Under the pieces are notes generated by a model that saw only the letters and a list, made by a program, of their open reading frames with translations, did no database searches and was not told the DNA's origin. A program made the position numbers and the translations under genes. Positions 11,492 through 21,412 of a stretch of DNA of 64,000 bases are shown one piece after another. Source of the DNA: an uncultured virus (IMG/VR IMGVR_UViG_2061766007_000205) (taxonomy: Duplodnaviria; Heunggongvirae; Uroviricota; Caudoviricetes); IMG/VR virus record IMGVR_UViG_2061766007_000205; one strand, given 5' to 3'. Numbering within the stretch: position 1 is the stretch's first letter; each line of letters begins with the position of its first letter.

Positions 11492-11520
11492 GAGGGCGGG
11501 GGAAACCCCGTCCTTTCCCT
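11492..11520 (+). terminator. GC-rich hairpin after tail tube gene
   Basis: GGGCGGGG-GAAA-CCCCGTCC then TTT; also present at 20580-20605. Confidence 0.55.
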
Positions 11521-11558
11521 ATACTTTTTATTGCCGCAAGGCAGGGAAAGGACAAAAT

Positions 11559-11900
11559 ATGACAAAACTATTCATCGTTAATGGAAAGACATACCACGCA
11601 AAGGAGTTTGACTTCAATTTCTTATGTGACCTTGAAGATCAGAACCTTTCGTTAGAGGACATAGATAAGAAGCCTATGTCACTTATCAGATCGTATCTTG
11701 CATTTTCAGCAAACATCACAAAGGAACAGGCCGGGGTAGAGATTGAAAAACATCTTGAGAATGGCGGCAAGTTTAATGACATCGTAGAGATCATGGGTCA
11801 GCAGATGCAGGATTCGGGTTTTTTTCGGTCACTCAACAAGGGAACGGAAGAGGAAAGCGGCGAGACTTCAACGAAGAGTGCAAAGAGCAAAAAAGCATAA
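11559..11900 (+). CDS. Tail assembly chaperone, short form (copy A)
   Basis: Between tube and tape measure genes; slippery G GGT TTT at 11816-11822. Confidence 0.8.
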   Translation: MTKLFIVNGKTYHAKEFDFNFLCDLEDQNLSLEDIDKKPMSLIRSYLAFSANITKEQAGVEIEKHLENGGKFNDIVEIMGQQMQDSGFFRSLNKGTEEESGETSTKSAKSKKA

Positions 11901-12331
11901 GTGATTACCCTTGTTTGAGAGATTACTTTGAACATGAGTGGATGGTAAAGACTATACCACTCGGAACTACTTATGATGATTTTTGGCGGTTGAATCCTAG
12001 AAAAATCCTTGTCATGGTAGACGCATACAATGAAGCCAAGAAAAACGATGTACGGCAACAGAATATGCTTTATCACCTTGAAGGTATGTATTTCATGGAT
12101 GCCCTTGTTGCTGTTATAGGCAATATGTTTAAGGGAAAAGGACAAAGGCCGTATGAATATCCTAAAGAGCCGTATACACTCGACCTTGAGTATGAAGAAG
12201 GTCTTGATATGTCAGACGATGCGGAAAAGGATATAGCATTAAAGCGCAGGAACTTTGTTACACAACTTAACAATTTGTTCCGAGATATAGAGCCTATTGT
12301 AGAAAGAAAGAAGAAAAATGCCGAACATTGA
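11816..12331 (+). CDS. -1 frameshift extension of tail assembly chaperone, gpGT-like (copy A)
   Basis: -1 frame is open from the slippery site into ORF 11915-12331; same in copy B. Confidence 0.75.
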   Translation, partial: GFFSVTQQGNGRGKRRDFNEECKEQKSISDYPCLRDYFEHEWMVKTIPLGTTYDDFWRLNPRKILVMVDAYNEAKKNDVRQQNMLYHLEGMYFMDALVAVIGNMFKGKGQRPYEYPKEPYTLDLEYEEGLDMSDDAEKDIALKRRNFVTQLNNLFRDIEPIVERKKKNAEH

Positions 12332-15300
12332 TACCTTATCAATACAATTTAACGCAAATGGAACAGACAAGGCCGTAAATAACATCAAGGCAATGGGATA
12401 TGCGGTGCGTAACCTTGCACAAAGCGTTAAGTCCATTGACTCATCAAAACTTGGTGCGTTTACGTCTTCCATGGAAACCCTTAAAAAGAGTATTCCGACA
12501 GAAGCACAGACAAAAAGAATGTCAGCCTTTAGCAATGCGATTAAAGAGTTGTCAGGTGTGATAGGTACGGCAAACATTTCAGGCTTTTCACGGGATATGT
12601 CTACACTTGGGGATGCGGTCAACACGTTCAAAAGGTCAAGTGTCAACTCGATCACGAACGCAGTAACAGCAATGCAGAATCTTCAATCTCAAACACAGGC
12701 TACGGCAAAAACTATTTCCAATGCCGTACCTAAATCATCCGTGCCTATTGAAAGAGGTAATAGGACAAATGAATCATTAAGTCAGGCAAAAGAACTTATT
12801 GCCACGCTTGATAAAGTTCAAATCAAGGCAACGGGTATTCAGGGTGTATTTCAGAAGATGGGACTTGTTGTACCCACAAAGAGATTCAAAGACCTTGAAA
12901 ATAGTGCTGAAAAGGTACGTCAGAAGTATGAAGAAGTACGTTCGGCTTTACAAAAAGGTCTTAACGAAGGATCACTTGAATCCGGCGGTACTGAATACAA
13001 GAAGAAGATGGCAGAACTTGATGCCCTTCGGAATAAGTACAATGAACTTATCCAGAAGCAGAGAGAACTTGCAAAAGAAGGGGGTGGGTTTACTCTTGCC
13101 CCCGGTCTTAAACAAGCGGCATCAAGCGCAAAGGCAATAGATTCAAGTTTTCGCTCTTTATCAGGAGCATTAGGCACAGTCAGTAAAAAATTCAGTTCAA
13201 TCATAAGCAAAGTGCGCTCATTTGGCTCTCACGCAAAGAGTACAAAGCGCGACACATCATCTTTAGCAGACGCGGCAAAGAAGTTATCAAATGAGTTCTT
13301 CCGCGTATCTAAAATGCTTAAACTGATGATTACCCGTATGGCTTTAAGGGCTGTAATTAAAGAATTGGGTAATGGGTTTAAGTCATTAGCTTTACATTCC
13401 GAAGAGTTCAACAATAGCGTATCGGGAATGATGAACGCATCAAAGCAGTTAGGTTATTCTATTTCTGCTATGGTAAGTCCTCTTATCAATGCGTTTGCCC
13501 CGGCGATCATATATGTTATCAACTTACTTATTAAGTTGGCAAATGTCATACAACAAGTGTTTGGTGCGCTTACGGGTGCTACCACTTGGAATAAGGCAAA
13601 AGACTTTACGGAGTCATGGGCTGATAACATCAAGGCGGCAAATAAAGGTGCAAAGGAACTTAAAAAGACCGTTCTTGGCTTTGATGAATTAAATCAGTTA
13701 CAAGAGAAAACATCCGGCGGTGGCGGTAATGACATAGTCGATATGTTTGATACACAGCAAATCGACTCAAAATGGAAGAGCCTTGCCGATACTATAAAGA
13801 AATATGCGAACAAACTCTTTGATCCCATAAAGAAAGCATGGGAGAAAGTAGGTAACTTTGTTAAGAAGTCATGGAAGTATGCAATGGACGAGGTTCTTAA
13901 ACTCGGATCATCCGTTGCGCGTGACTTCTGGAAGATGTGGGAGCAAAAAGCCACACAGCAGATATTTGAGAATATCCTTAAAATTGTTGGATATATCGGA
14001 CAGACAGTAGGCAACCTTGCCCGTCAATTCCGTATTGCATGGGATGAAAACAATACCGGGTATAAGATACTTTGCAATATTCGTGACGTAGTTCTCACAA
14101 TCACGGAACACTTAAAGAATATGGCAAAAGCCACGGCAGATTGGGCTGACACGCTTGATTTTTCCCCTATTCTGACAAAGTTTAATGAATGGCTTGAAAG
14201 CATTAAACCCGTTGTAGATAACCTCATGGGAATAGTAGAGGACTTCTACACAACGGTTATCCTGCCGCTTGGCAAATGGGCGGTAGAAGTGGGCGGCCCT
14301 AAATTACTGCAAGTATTCATTGATTTTAATGAAAAGGTAGATTGGGAAGGTTTACGTCAAAAACTTCAAACACTTTGGGAACATCTTGAACCGTTCATGG
14401 AAACCGTAGGGGAAGGTCTGATTATCTTTATAGACCGTGTAGCACAAGCACTTGCAGACTTTATCAATAGTCCAGAGTTTGAGCAATTCCTCAAGGATGT
14501 TGAAGATTGGATGGATTCAGTTACACCACAAGACGTAGCTGATGGATTAGAAGCGATCGCGAAAGCAATAATTGCGTTTGCCATAGGTAAAACGGTTATA
14601 GATGGATTGATAGCAATATCATCTTTCTTAAAGCTAGTTTCTAGTCTTGCGCCGTTACTCAAATTAGCGTTAGTCATAAGCGTTGCGTACACGGGCTTTA
14701 AATTAGGTTCGTGGATTGGTAAGAAGATAACGGGCGATGATGAAACCTACGATAACTTTACATGGTCGGCATTTATAGATGTAACTGTTCGCGGTGTAGA
14801 GACTTGGGAAGATTTTGCAGAGAGATTAACTGAATTAGCGGATGCATGGATGACAATGCGTAAAGAGGCTGATTGGTTTATACAATCAATAATGAGAATT
14901 GTTGAAGGCCCTGTTGCTTCATTTGTCCTAGATTTATTCGGAATCACAGAAGCAACAAAAAAGGCATCCGAAGAATCTGTTGGCTATAAGGAAAAACTCG
15001 AAGAATTAACGGAAAAAACAAAGAATCTTAAAGCCGAAAATGAAAACTCAAGTAAATCTTTCAGCGAAACGGTAGAAGGACTTAAAAAGGCAAGTGGCGA
15101 AGCATCAACCGCTACAACATCATTCTCAAAAGCGGCAGAGAATATTAAGAACGTAGGCACGGAATCAAATAATGCGGCTTCATCCTTCATTAAAGTACAT
15201 GAAGGAATAAAAGACGTTAATACAAGTGCGGAAGATTTATCAAAGGGTTATAACAATCTGAAAACAAATACGGATTCGCTTAAAACTGCCTTGAATGATG

Positions 15301-16022
15301 CAAATACTGCATATAAGAACGTCAAGGGTGCAATGGAACAGACCGTAAGTTACACCCCTGTTATGACAGATTCACAGAAGAAGATCGTGGATTCATTGTC
15401 GGGATTAAAGAAAGAAACCGAGGAAGTGCAACTTGCAACCGCAAATGCCGGACTTGATATGCAGGGAACATGGACGGAGCTTTCAAAATCAACCAATACA
15501 AATATGGGCGATATCAAAAAGTCTGTTGATGAATCCATGAAGGACGTAAATAAGAGCCTTGATACCGTCAAAGATGCTATGTCTGAAAAGGAATGGACAT
15601 TTGATGGTGTCGGAAGCGGTCTGACAAAAACCTTTGAAAAAGCCAAAGAAGGTATCAAGGGTGTATGGAATAGCATTGCCGAAAAACTGAATGGAGAACA
15701 TTCTCTTGGCGAAGGAAAATTCAAGATCAACCTTCCGAAGTTTGCAACGGGTGGATTCCCGGAAGACGGTTTATTTATGGCTAATCACAATGAGTTAGTC
15801 GGTCACTTCTCGAACGGCAAGACCGCAGTAGCAAACAATCAGCAGATCATAGCCGGAATAGAAACGGGTGTATATGCCGCAGTATCAAAGGCACTTTCAC
15901 AGAATAACGGCGGTAGTCAGTATATCGCAAATGAGATCATTGTTGACGGCGATGTGATAGCAAGGTCTGTATCAAAGGCGCAGGAAAGACAAGGACGGAG
16001 ATATAGTCCGTCTATGGCATGA
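12318..16022 (+). CDS. Tape measure protein, 1234 aa (copy A)
   Basis: Long helical protein, GFDELNQL motif, Trp/Phe periodic repeats, C-terminal FATGGFPE. Confidence 0.9.
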   Translation: MPNIDTLSIQFNANGTDKAVNNIKAMGYAVRNLAQSVKSIDSSKLGAFTSSMETLKKSIPTEAQTKRMSAFSNAIKELSGVIGTANISGFSRDMSTLGDAVNTFKRSSVNSITNAVTAMQNLQSQTQATAKTISNAVPKSSVPIERGNRTNESLSQAKELIATLDKVQIKATGIQGVFQKMGLVVPTKRFKDLENSAEKVRQKYEEVRSALQKGLNEGSLESGGTEYKKKMAELDALRNKYNELIQKQRELAKEGGGFTLAPGLKQAASSAKAIDSSFRSLSGALGTVSKKFSSIISKVRSFGSHAKSTKRDTSSLADAAKKLSNEFFRVSKMLKLMITRMALRAVIKELGNGFKSLALHSEEFNNSVSGMMNASKQLGYSISAMVSPLINAFAPAIIYVINLLIKLANVIQQVFGALTGATTWNKAKDFTESWADNIKAANKGAKELKKTVLGFDELNQLQEKTSGGGGNDIVDMFDTQQIDSKWKSLADTIKKYANKLFDPIKKAWEKVGNFVKKSWKYAMDEVLKLGSSVARDFWKMWEQKATQQIFENILKIVGYIGQTVGNLARQFRIAWDENNTGYKILCNIRDVVLTITEHLKNMAKATADWADTLDFSPILTKFNEWLESIKPVVDNLMGIVEDFYTTVILPLGKWAVEVGGPKLLQVFIDFNEKVDWEGLRQKLQTLWEHLEPFMETVGEGLIIFIDRVAQALADFINSPEFEQFLKDVEDWMDSVTPQDVADGLEAIAKAIIAFAIGKTVIDGLIAISSFLKLVSSLAPLLKLALVISVAYTGFKLGSWIGKKITGDDETYDNFTWSAFIDVTVRGVETWEDFAERLTELADAWMTMRKEADWFIQSIMRIVEGPVASFVLDLFGITEATKKASEESVGYKEKLEELTEKTKNLKAENENSSKSFSETVEGLKKASGEASTATTSFSKAAENIKNVGTESNNAASSFIKVHEGIKDVNTSAEDLSKGYNNLKTNTDSLKTALNDANTAYKNVKGAMEQTVSYTPVMTDSQKKIVDSLSGLKKETEEVQLATANAGLDMQGTWTELSKSTNTNMGDIKKSVDESMKDVNKSLDTVKDAMSEKEWTFDGVGSGLTKTFEKAKEGIKGVWNSIAEKLNGEHSLGEGKFKINLPKFATGGFPEDGLFMANHNELVGHFSNGKTAVANNQQIIAGIETGVYAAVSKALSQNNGGSQYIANEIIVDGDVIARSVSKAQERQGRRYSPSMA

Positions 16023-16030
16023 GGTAAGTT

Positions 16031-16402
16031 ATGGCAAGAACAAAATATCCATTTAAGGTAAACGGAAATGATATGCCGTGTCCGAGTAAGTGCGACATAG
16101 GATATCAGGATATAAGTGCGCCGGATTCAGGACGTACACTTGATGGCTTAATGTGGAAAAACAAAATCGGTCAAAAGGTCAAACTCGATCTTGAATGGCT
16201 TGGGATATCGGATGAAGATGCGGCAACCATTTTACAAGCTTTTGATCCTGAATACATCAACATTACATACCGGGATGCAAAACAGAACGCGGTTGTCACA
16301 AAAACCTTTTATACGGGCGATAGGAAAGCATCAACGTATTGGTGGAGTGATGATGATGATATGACGTTTGCAAACATCGTATTTAACGTAATCGAAAGGT
16401 AA
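16031..16402 (+). CDS. Distal tail protein-like (copy A)
   Basis: Directly after TMP; DSGRTLDG and FYTGDR motifs. Confidence 0.7.
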   Translation: MARTKYPFKVNGNDMPCPSKCDIGYQDISAPDSGRTLDGLMWKNKIGQKVKLDLEWLGISDEDAATILQAFDPEYINITYRDAKQNAVVTKTFYTGDRKASTYWWSDDDDMTFANIVFNVIER

Positions 16403-16404
16403 GT

Positions 16405-17819
16405 ATGAAAGCGACTACACAGAAGTTCAAGCAAATAATGGCAAGTGGTAANNNNNNNNNNTTTAAAGGGCGATGAAATAAACGGAGCGCAACAGTACGT
16501 TCGTTTTGGATTCTTCACAGTTGACGAACCGACATTTGCCGGAGCATTGATTCAGCTTGTCCTGCTTGACAATATGTGGAAGTTTGACCGTCCACTCAAT
16601 AACGTAAGCCTAACCTTCCCTATAAGCGCACAGAGCGCGGTTGTTGCAATCTGTCAGTATTGTGGAGTTACCTTACAGACACAGCNNNNNNNNNNTCAAG
16701 TAGTACATCGTCATTCGACATTGGAACAGCCGTAATAGGACAGTGTAAGTTTTCACTTAACAACTTTGATGAGCGGTTCAATCAGTATGACTTCTTTAAT
16801 GCCACGGCGGTAGTATATGTAGGCTTAAAGGGCGATGAAATAAACGGAGCGCAACAGTACGTTCGCTTTGGATTCTTCACAGTTGACGAACCGACATTTG
16901 CCGGAGCATTGATTCAACTTGTCCTGCTTGACAATATGTGGAAGTTTGACGTTCCACTCAATAACGTAAACTTAACCTTCCCTATAAGCGCACAGAACGC
17001 GGTTGTTGCAATCTGTCAGTATTGTGGAGTTACCTTACAGACACAGCAATTCCACGGGTACAATTTCTCAATCGCAGAAGCACCTAAAGATATGGATAAG
17101 ATGAATTGCCGTGAGTTCTTACAGTATGTGGCAATGATAGGGTGTAACTTCTGTATCATCAATGAGTACGGAGATTTAGTAATAAAATGGTATGATACCG
17201 CACATATTCCGACCGAGAGTGATTTAGACGGCGGTACGTTCAATACGAACACAACCCCGTATTCAGACGGAGATTCGGCAGANNNNNNNNNNCTCAAGGG
17301 ATTATGTTGTTAAAGTTGACATAATCCTTGCAAATACCACGGTCTTACACTTGACCGAAGCCGATATGTGGGATGATTCGTTCAAGGTTGAAACGGCANN
17401 NNNNNNNNCGGCGGCAACTTTACCAATTATTCAAGTGGAGATTCGGTAGATGGTGGTTCATTTAACAATAACCCGAATGTAGATTACTTCACGCGTAATT
17501 TCAATCTCACACTTGGTACAGACGTTATTACAATCACGGGTGTCAAGTTTGTCATTGATGAAACAGCCTACACGATAGGTACGGAAGGGTACAGACTTGA
17601 ACTTGAAAACCCCCTTGTCAATGCCGATAACGTCAATTCGGTGCTTAACCTTATATGGGATGTTTTAGAAGGTTTTTCATTAAGAACATTCAATTTGACG
17701 TGTGCATCAGACCTTGCGGTAGAAGTAGGCGATTGTTGTGCGATCAAGGATTACAAGGGCAACTACATCTATTCATGGGTTACAAATAATATTTTTGCCT
17801 TTTCAAAACATCAGGTACA
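16405..17819 (+). CDS. Scrambled fragments of tail tip/hub protein (copy A, several variants)
   Basis: Pieces homologous to the N-terminal half of 25733-28060, separated by 10-N gaps. Confidence 0.65.
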
Positions 17820-18054
17820 NNNNNNNNNNAGGGGCAGAAAAGCCCCTTTCTTCACAGCCGGGGAAAGTAGATAAGCCAAAGAAAAAAGAGATTCAGGCTA
17901 AAGAAGAAGCCGCAGTTGAAGAGAAAACGGCAAAATATTCAGAAGAAGATTTGAACATGCCTTACATGAAACTAAAAAGCCTTGCGATATCGGAAGGTTT
18001 TAAGGTTAACAAGACAGCAAAGGCAGATGACATAAAAGAAATGTTGAGGACGTT

Positions 18055-18399
18055 ATGACTCTTAACGATTTAACTACCAAAGTACAAGATAGAGCGTTGA
18101 CATATCTTAACGAAACAGAAGAGAATGTTGAAACATTTCCTTCATCCATCGTGGCATTCGTGATAGAGTACGCGATCAACGAATCTCACTTTCCCATGGA
18201 TTACACCGAGGATCAGATAGCCGCAAGGCTTGATAGGTGTGCAAACGCAATGGCTATGGCGTGTATTGAAGTCTATTCGAGAAGTGGGGCAGAAGGGGAG
18301 AAAGCACATAGCGAAAATGCTATATCACGGACGTATGATGGAGCGTGGATTTCAGGGAGATTACATGACGTATTGCCTAACTTTGTGGGGGTAATATGA
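18055..18399 (+). CDS. Head-tail adaptor (copy B)
   Basis: Close homolog of 8937-9281. Confidence 0.8.
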   Translation: MTLNDLTTKVQDRALTYLNETEENVETFPSSIVAFVIEYAINESHFPMDYTEDQIAARLDRCANAMAMACIEVYSRSGAEGEKAHSENAISRTYDGAWISGRLHDVLPNFVGVI

Positions 18400-18845
18400 T
18401 GCGTTGTCTTTACCGAAACAAACAGACTATCTATTACGCTTTACTGATAGGTACTGTGCCTGTTTATAAACTTGATAGTAACGGCAATAAGATTGTCGAT
18501 TATGTAGACGAGGAAACAGGCGAAACATATTACGTTGAAACGGGCGTTAAGATGTCATTATATAGTCCTGCTGTTGAATTTAGGGGCAACATAGCGTTTG
18601 CCGGAGCGGATTTATTACGTCAAGAGTTTGGTATTAGTGACGAACGATACGAAGCGGTATTAGTGCTAAACAAAGATCAGATTCCGATAACCGAAACATC
18701 CCTTATATGGTATGAAACAAGACCCACAACAAAGATCGTGGATGATGTTCTATATGCGGATGATTCAACGGCAGATTATAGAGTGTTGCGAAGTGTACCG
18801 TCACTTAACAATGACCGCTACATTTTGGCAAAGGTAGTTAAATGA
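18396..18845 (+). CDS. Head-closure protein (copy B)
   Basis: Close homolog of 9283-9732. Confidence 0.6.
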   Translation: MMRCLYRNKQTIYYALLIGTVPVYKLDSNGNKIVDYVDEETGETYYVETGVKMSLYSPAVEFRGNIAFAGADLLRQEFGISDERYEAVLVLNKDQIPITETSLIWYETRPTTKIVDDVLYADDSTADYRVLRSVPSLNNDRYILAKVVK

Positions 18846-19408
18846 ATTACAAGGTGGGTCTTGACTCAAGGGAACTTAATAAGTTGGCGGGCGATCTGCT
18901 GAAATATGCGGATGATTTTGAACGCAAGGTTAAGATATTCCTTGAAAGACTTGCTGATTTAGGAATAGAAATCGCTACCATGAACGGTGGCGATTTTTCA
19001 CGTTACATCATCTATCGTAAGAAATGGGACAATGACACAACCATTTATATAACAGCGACTTCAAAACTGTTAAGAACTGAATGGTATGCCGGATCAAAGT
19101 CAAAAGAAACGCGAAGCGAAGTCATATCGCCGTTGCTGATGGCTGAATTTGGATCAGGTCATTATGCTATCCCTTTCGAATCAATAGGTGGACAAGGAAC
19201 GTTAAACAAATACGGTCATGCTTACGATGAAGATGGTTGGTATTGGTATGCGGAAACGCAACCCATAGGCAACGCAGAACCCGTTAGTCAATCTAACGGG
19301 CGTATGAAATATCATTCTATGGGTGAGCAACCCACACAGCCTTTACATAAAGCGGTAATGGCTTGCATAGAGCAAGTCGAGGAAATAGCGCGAGAGGTAT
19401 TCGGATGA
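18842..19408 (+). CDS. Neck/tail-completion protein (copy B)
   Basis: Homolog of 9729-10304. Confidence 0.65.
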   Translation: MNYKVGLDSRELNKLAGDLLKYADDFERKVKIFLERLADLGIEIATMNGGDFSRYIIYRKKWDNDTTIYITATSKLLRTEWYAGSKSKETRSEVISPLLMAEFGSGHYAIPFESIGGQGTLNKYGHAYDEDGWYWYAETQPIGNAEPVSQSNGRMKYHSMGEQPTQPLHKAVMACIEQVEEIAREVFG

Positions 19409-19815
19409 GTTCTATATGGATTGAAGATAGGATAGACGCAATCTTCTCACACGTCAAGAATAAAACAATTCAGGCGTTAAAGAAAACCTATCCTGATATC
19501 AATTTTACACAGGACGATTCGGAGAACGATTTAGCAAAATTTCCAACCGTATATATGTTCTTTGATACCGCAGAACGAATGTCTACCCTTGACGGTGGGG
19601 CGATAAATGCCGTGACTATGACGGTCAGAACAAAAGTGAGTGTTACCAAAACGCAAGGCAATGATGCGGCGCGAGAGGTTAACGCAATTGTGCGTGATGA
19701 ACTTGTCAATCTCGGCTTTATGGCTTCGGGAAGTCCTATTCCTACGGTATCGGGGGATGTAAAAGTTATCAACGCTAATTATCAGCGTTTGGTAGGTTAC
19801 AACGATCCATTCTAA
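19405..19815 (+). CDS. Tail terminator (copy B)
   Basis: Homolog of 10301-10711. Confidence 0.65.
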   Translation: MSSIWIEDRIDAIFSHVKNKTIQALKKTYPDINFTQDDSENDLAKFPTVYMFFDTAERMSTLDGGAINAVTMTVRTKVSVTKTQGNDAAREVNAIVRDELVNLGFMASGSPIPTVSGDVKVINANYQRLVGYNDPF

Positions 19816-19834
19816 ATGAAAGGAGTATTAAGAT

Positions 19835-20299
19835 ATGGCAGTAAATGAAAAGGGTTTATCGACTCTCGGTATTACCTTCGGTTACGGTGTCGGTGCATCA
19901 AAACCCGCTACGTTCACACAGCTCGACAGAATATCAAGTATCGGTGAGCTTGCGGTTACACCTGAAACCATTGATATTTCTTGTCTTGAAGATTTAACAT
20001 CCGTATTTACAAGGGGCAGGGGTACGATCTCTGATAATATCCCCATAGTCGTAAATTGGGAAGATGAAACAATGGCACAGTGGGATGATGTCCTTGACGA
20101 TTTCAACAACAGATCATCAGGCGAGTCAATGTGGTTTGAAATTATTATACCCGGCATGACAAAGGCGGCTTTCTTCACGGCTGATCCGCCTACGGCACTT
20201 CCCATTCCGTCTATCGAGCAGAACGGCGCATTTACCAACACAATAAACCTTGTTGCTAAAGAGTTAAAGGGTTGGGATACCAAAGTGGCTTTCTCGTAG
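19835..20299 (+). CDS. Major tail (tube) protein, short form (copy B)
   Basis: Homolog of the N-terminal 154 aa of 10730-11485. Confidence 0.8.
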   Translation: MAVNEKGLSTLGITFGYGVGASKPATFTQLDRISSIGELAVTPETIDISCLEDLTSVFTRGRGTISDNIPIVVNWEDETMAQWDDVLDDFNNRSSGESMWFEIIIPGMTKAAFFTADPPTALPIPSIEQNGAFTNTINLVAKELKGWDTKVAFS

Positions 20300-20571
20300 A
20301 CGGGCTTAATGGGCTGAAATTAGGCTCGGCAGATTTAACTCCTGCGTTTGACCCGAACGTAACGAGTTATTCAGCAAACATCACTACGGCAACTACAACA
20401 CTCACGTTGAACTTGAGTAGCGGTGCAACGGCTGTGACGAAACTTAACGGCACAACCTTTACAGGGTCAACAATAACGTGGACAGCAAATACTGACACGT
20501 TGACAATCGAGGTAACAAACTCGGTAGGTCAGACAAAGACTTATACCGTGACAGTTACACATACAACATAG
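20290..20571 (+). CDS. Ig/cadherin-like domain in the -1 frame, probably appended to the tube protein by frameshift
   Basis: Homologous to the in-frame C-terminal domain of copy A; no SD/ATG of its own. Confidence 0.65.
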   Translation, partial: FLVDGLNGLKLGSADLTPAFDPNVTSYSANITTATTTLTLNLSSGATAVTKLNGTTFTGSTITWTANTDTLTIEVTNSVGQTKTYTVTVTHTT

Positions 20572-20642
20572 CGCGAACAGGGCGGGGGAAACCCCGTCCT
20601 TTCCCTATGGGGTTTAGCCTAAAGGCGGGGAAAGGAGCAAAT

Positions 20643-20984
20643 ATGACAAAACTTTTTACAGTAAACGGAAAATCTTATAGGGCGAAGGAGTTTGATTTTA
20701 ACTTTCTTTGCGACCTTGAAGATCAGAACTTATCGTTAGAGGACATAGACAAGAAGCCTATGAGCCTTATCAGATCGTATCTTGCATTTTCGGCAAATAT
20801 CTCAAAGGAAGAAGCCGGAAAAGAAATCGAAGCACACCTTGAAGGTGGCGGCAAGTTCAATGATATTGTCGAGATAATGAGCGAACAGATGCAGGATTCG
20901 GGTTTTTTTCGCTCAATCAGCAAGGACAAGGAAGAGGATGCAAGCGCGACTTCACCGAAGAGTGCAAAGAGCAAAAAAGCGTAA
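20643..20984 (+). CDS. Tail assembly chaperone, short form (copy B)
   Basis: AAGGAG SD; slippery GGGTTTT at 20900-20906. Confidence 0.8.
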   Translation: MTKLFTVNGKSYRAKEFDFNFLCDLEDQNLSLEDIDKKPMSLIRSYLAFSANISKEEAGKEIEAHLEGGGKFNDIVEIMSEQMQDSGFFRSISKDKEEDASATSPKSAKSKKA

Positions 20985-21412
20985 GTGATTATCCTTGTTT
21001 GAGAGCATATTACGAGAACGAATGGATGCCGAAGGTTATACCACTCGGCACTACATATAATGATTTTTGGCAACTAAATCCCCGAAAAATAGATATAATG
21101 GTTGCCGCCTACAACGAAGCAAAGAAGAACGAAATACGCACAAAGAATATGCTTTATCACTTGGAAGGTATGTACTTTGCGGATGCGTTATGTGCAACGG
21201 TAGGCAATATGTTCCGGGGGCGCGGTCAGAAGCCGTTTGAATATCCAAAAGAGCCGTACACGCTTGATATGGAGTTTGAGGACGGACTTGATATGTCAGA
21301 CGAAGAAGAACGCAAGATTGCAAAGCAACGTAAACAGTTTGTTACACAGTTAAACACGATGTTTAGCAATGTGGAACGAGCATTAAAGGAAAAAAAAGAT
21401 GCCGAATATTGA
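20900..21412 (+). CDS. -1 frameshift extension of tail assembly chaperone (copy B)
   Basis: -1 frame open from the slippery site to 21412. Confidence 0.75.
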   Translation, partial: GFFSLNQQGQGRGCKRDFTEECKEQKSVSDYPCLRAYYENEWMPKVIPLGTTYNDFWQLNPRKIDIMVAAYNEAKKNEIRTKNMLYHLEGMYFADALCATVGNMFRGRGQKPFEYPKEPYTLDMEFEDGLDMSDEEERKIAKQRKQFVTQLNTMFSNVERALKEKKDAEY

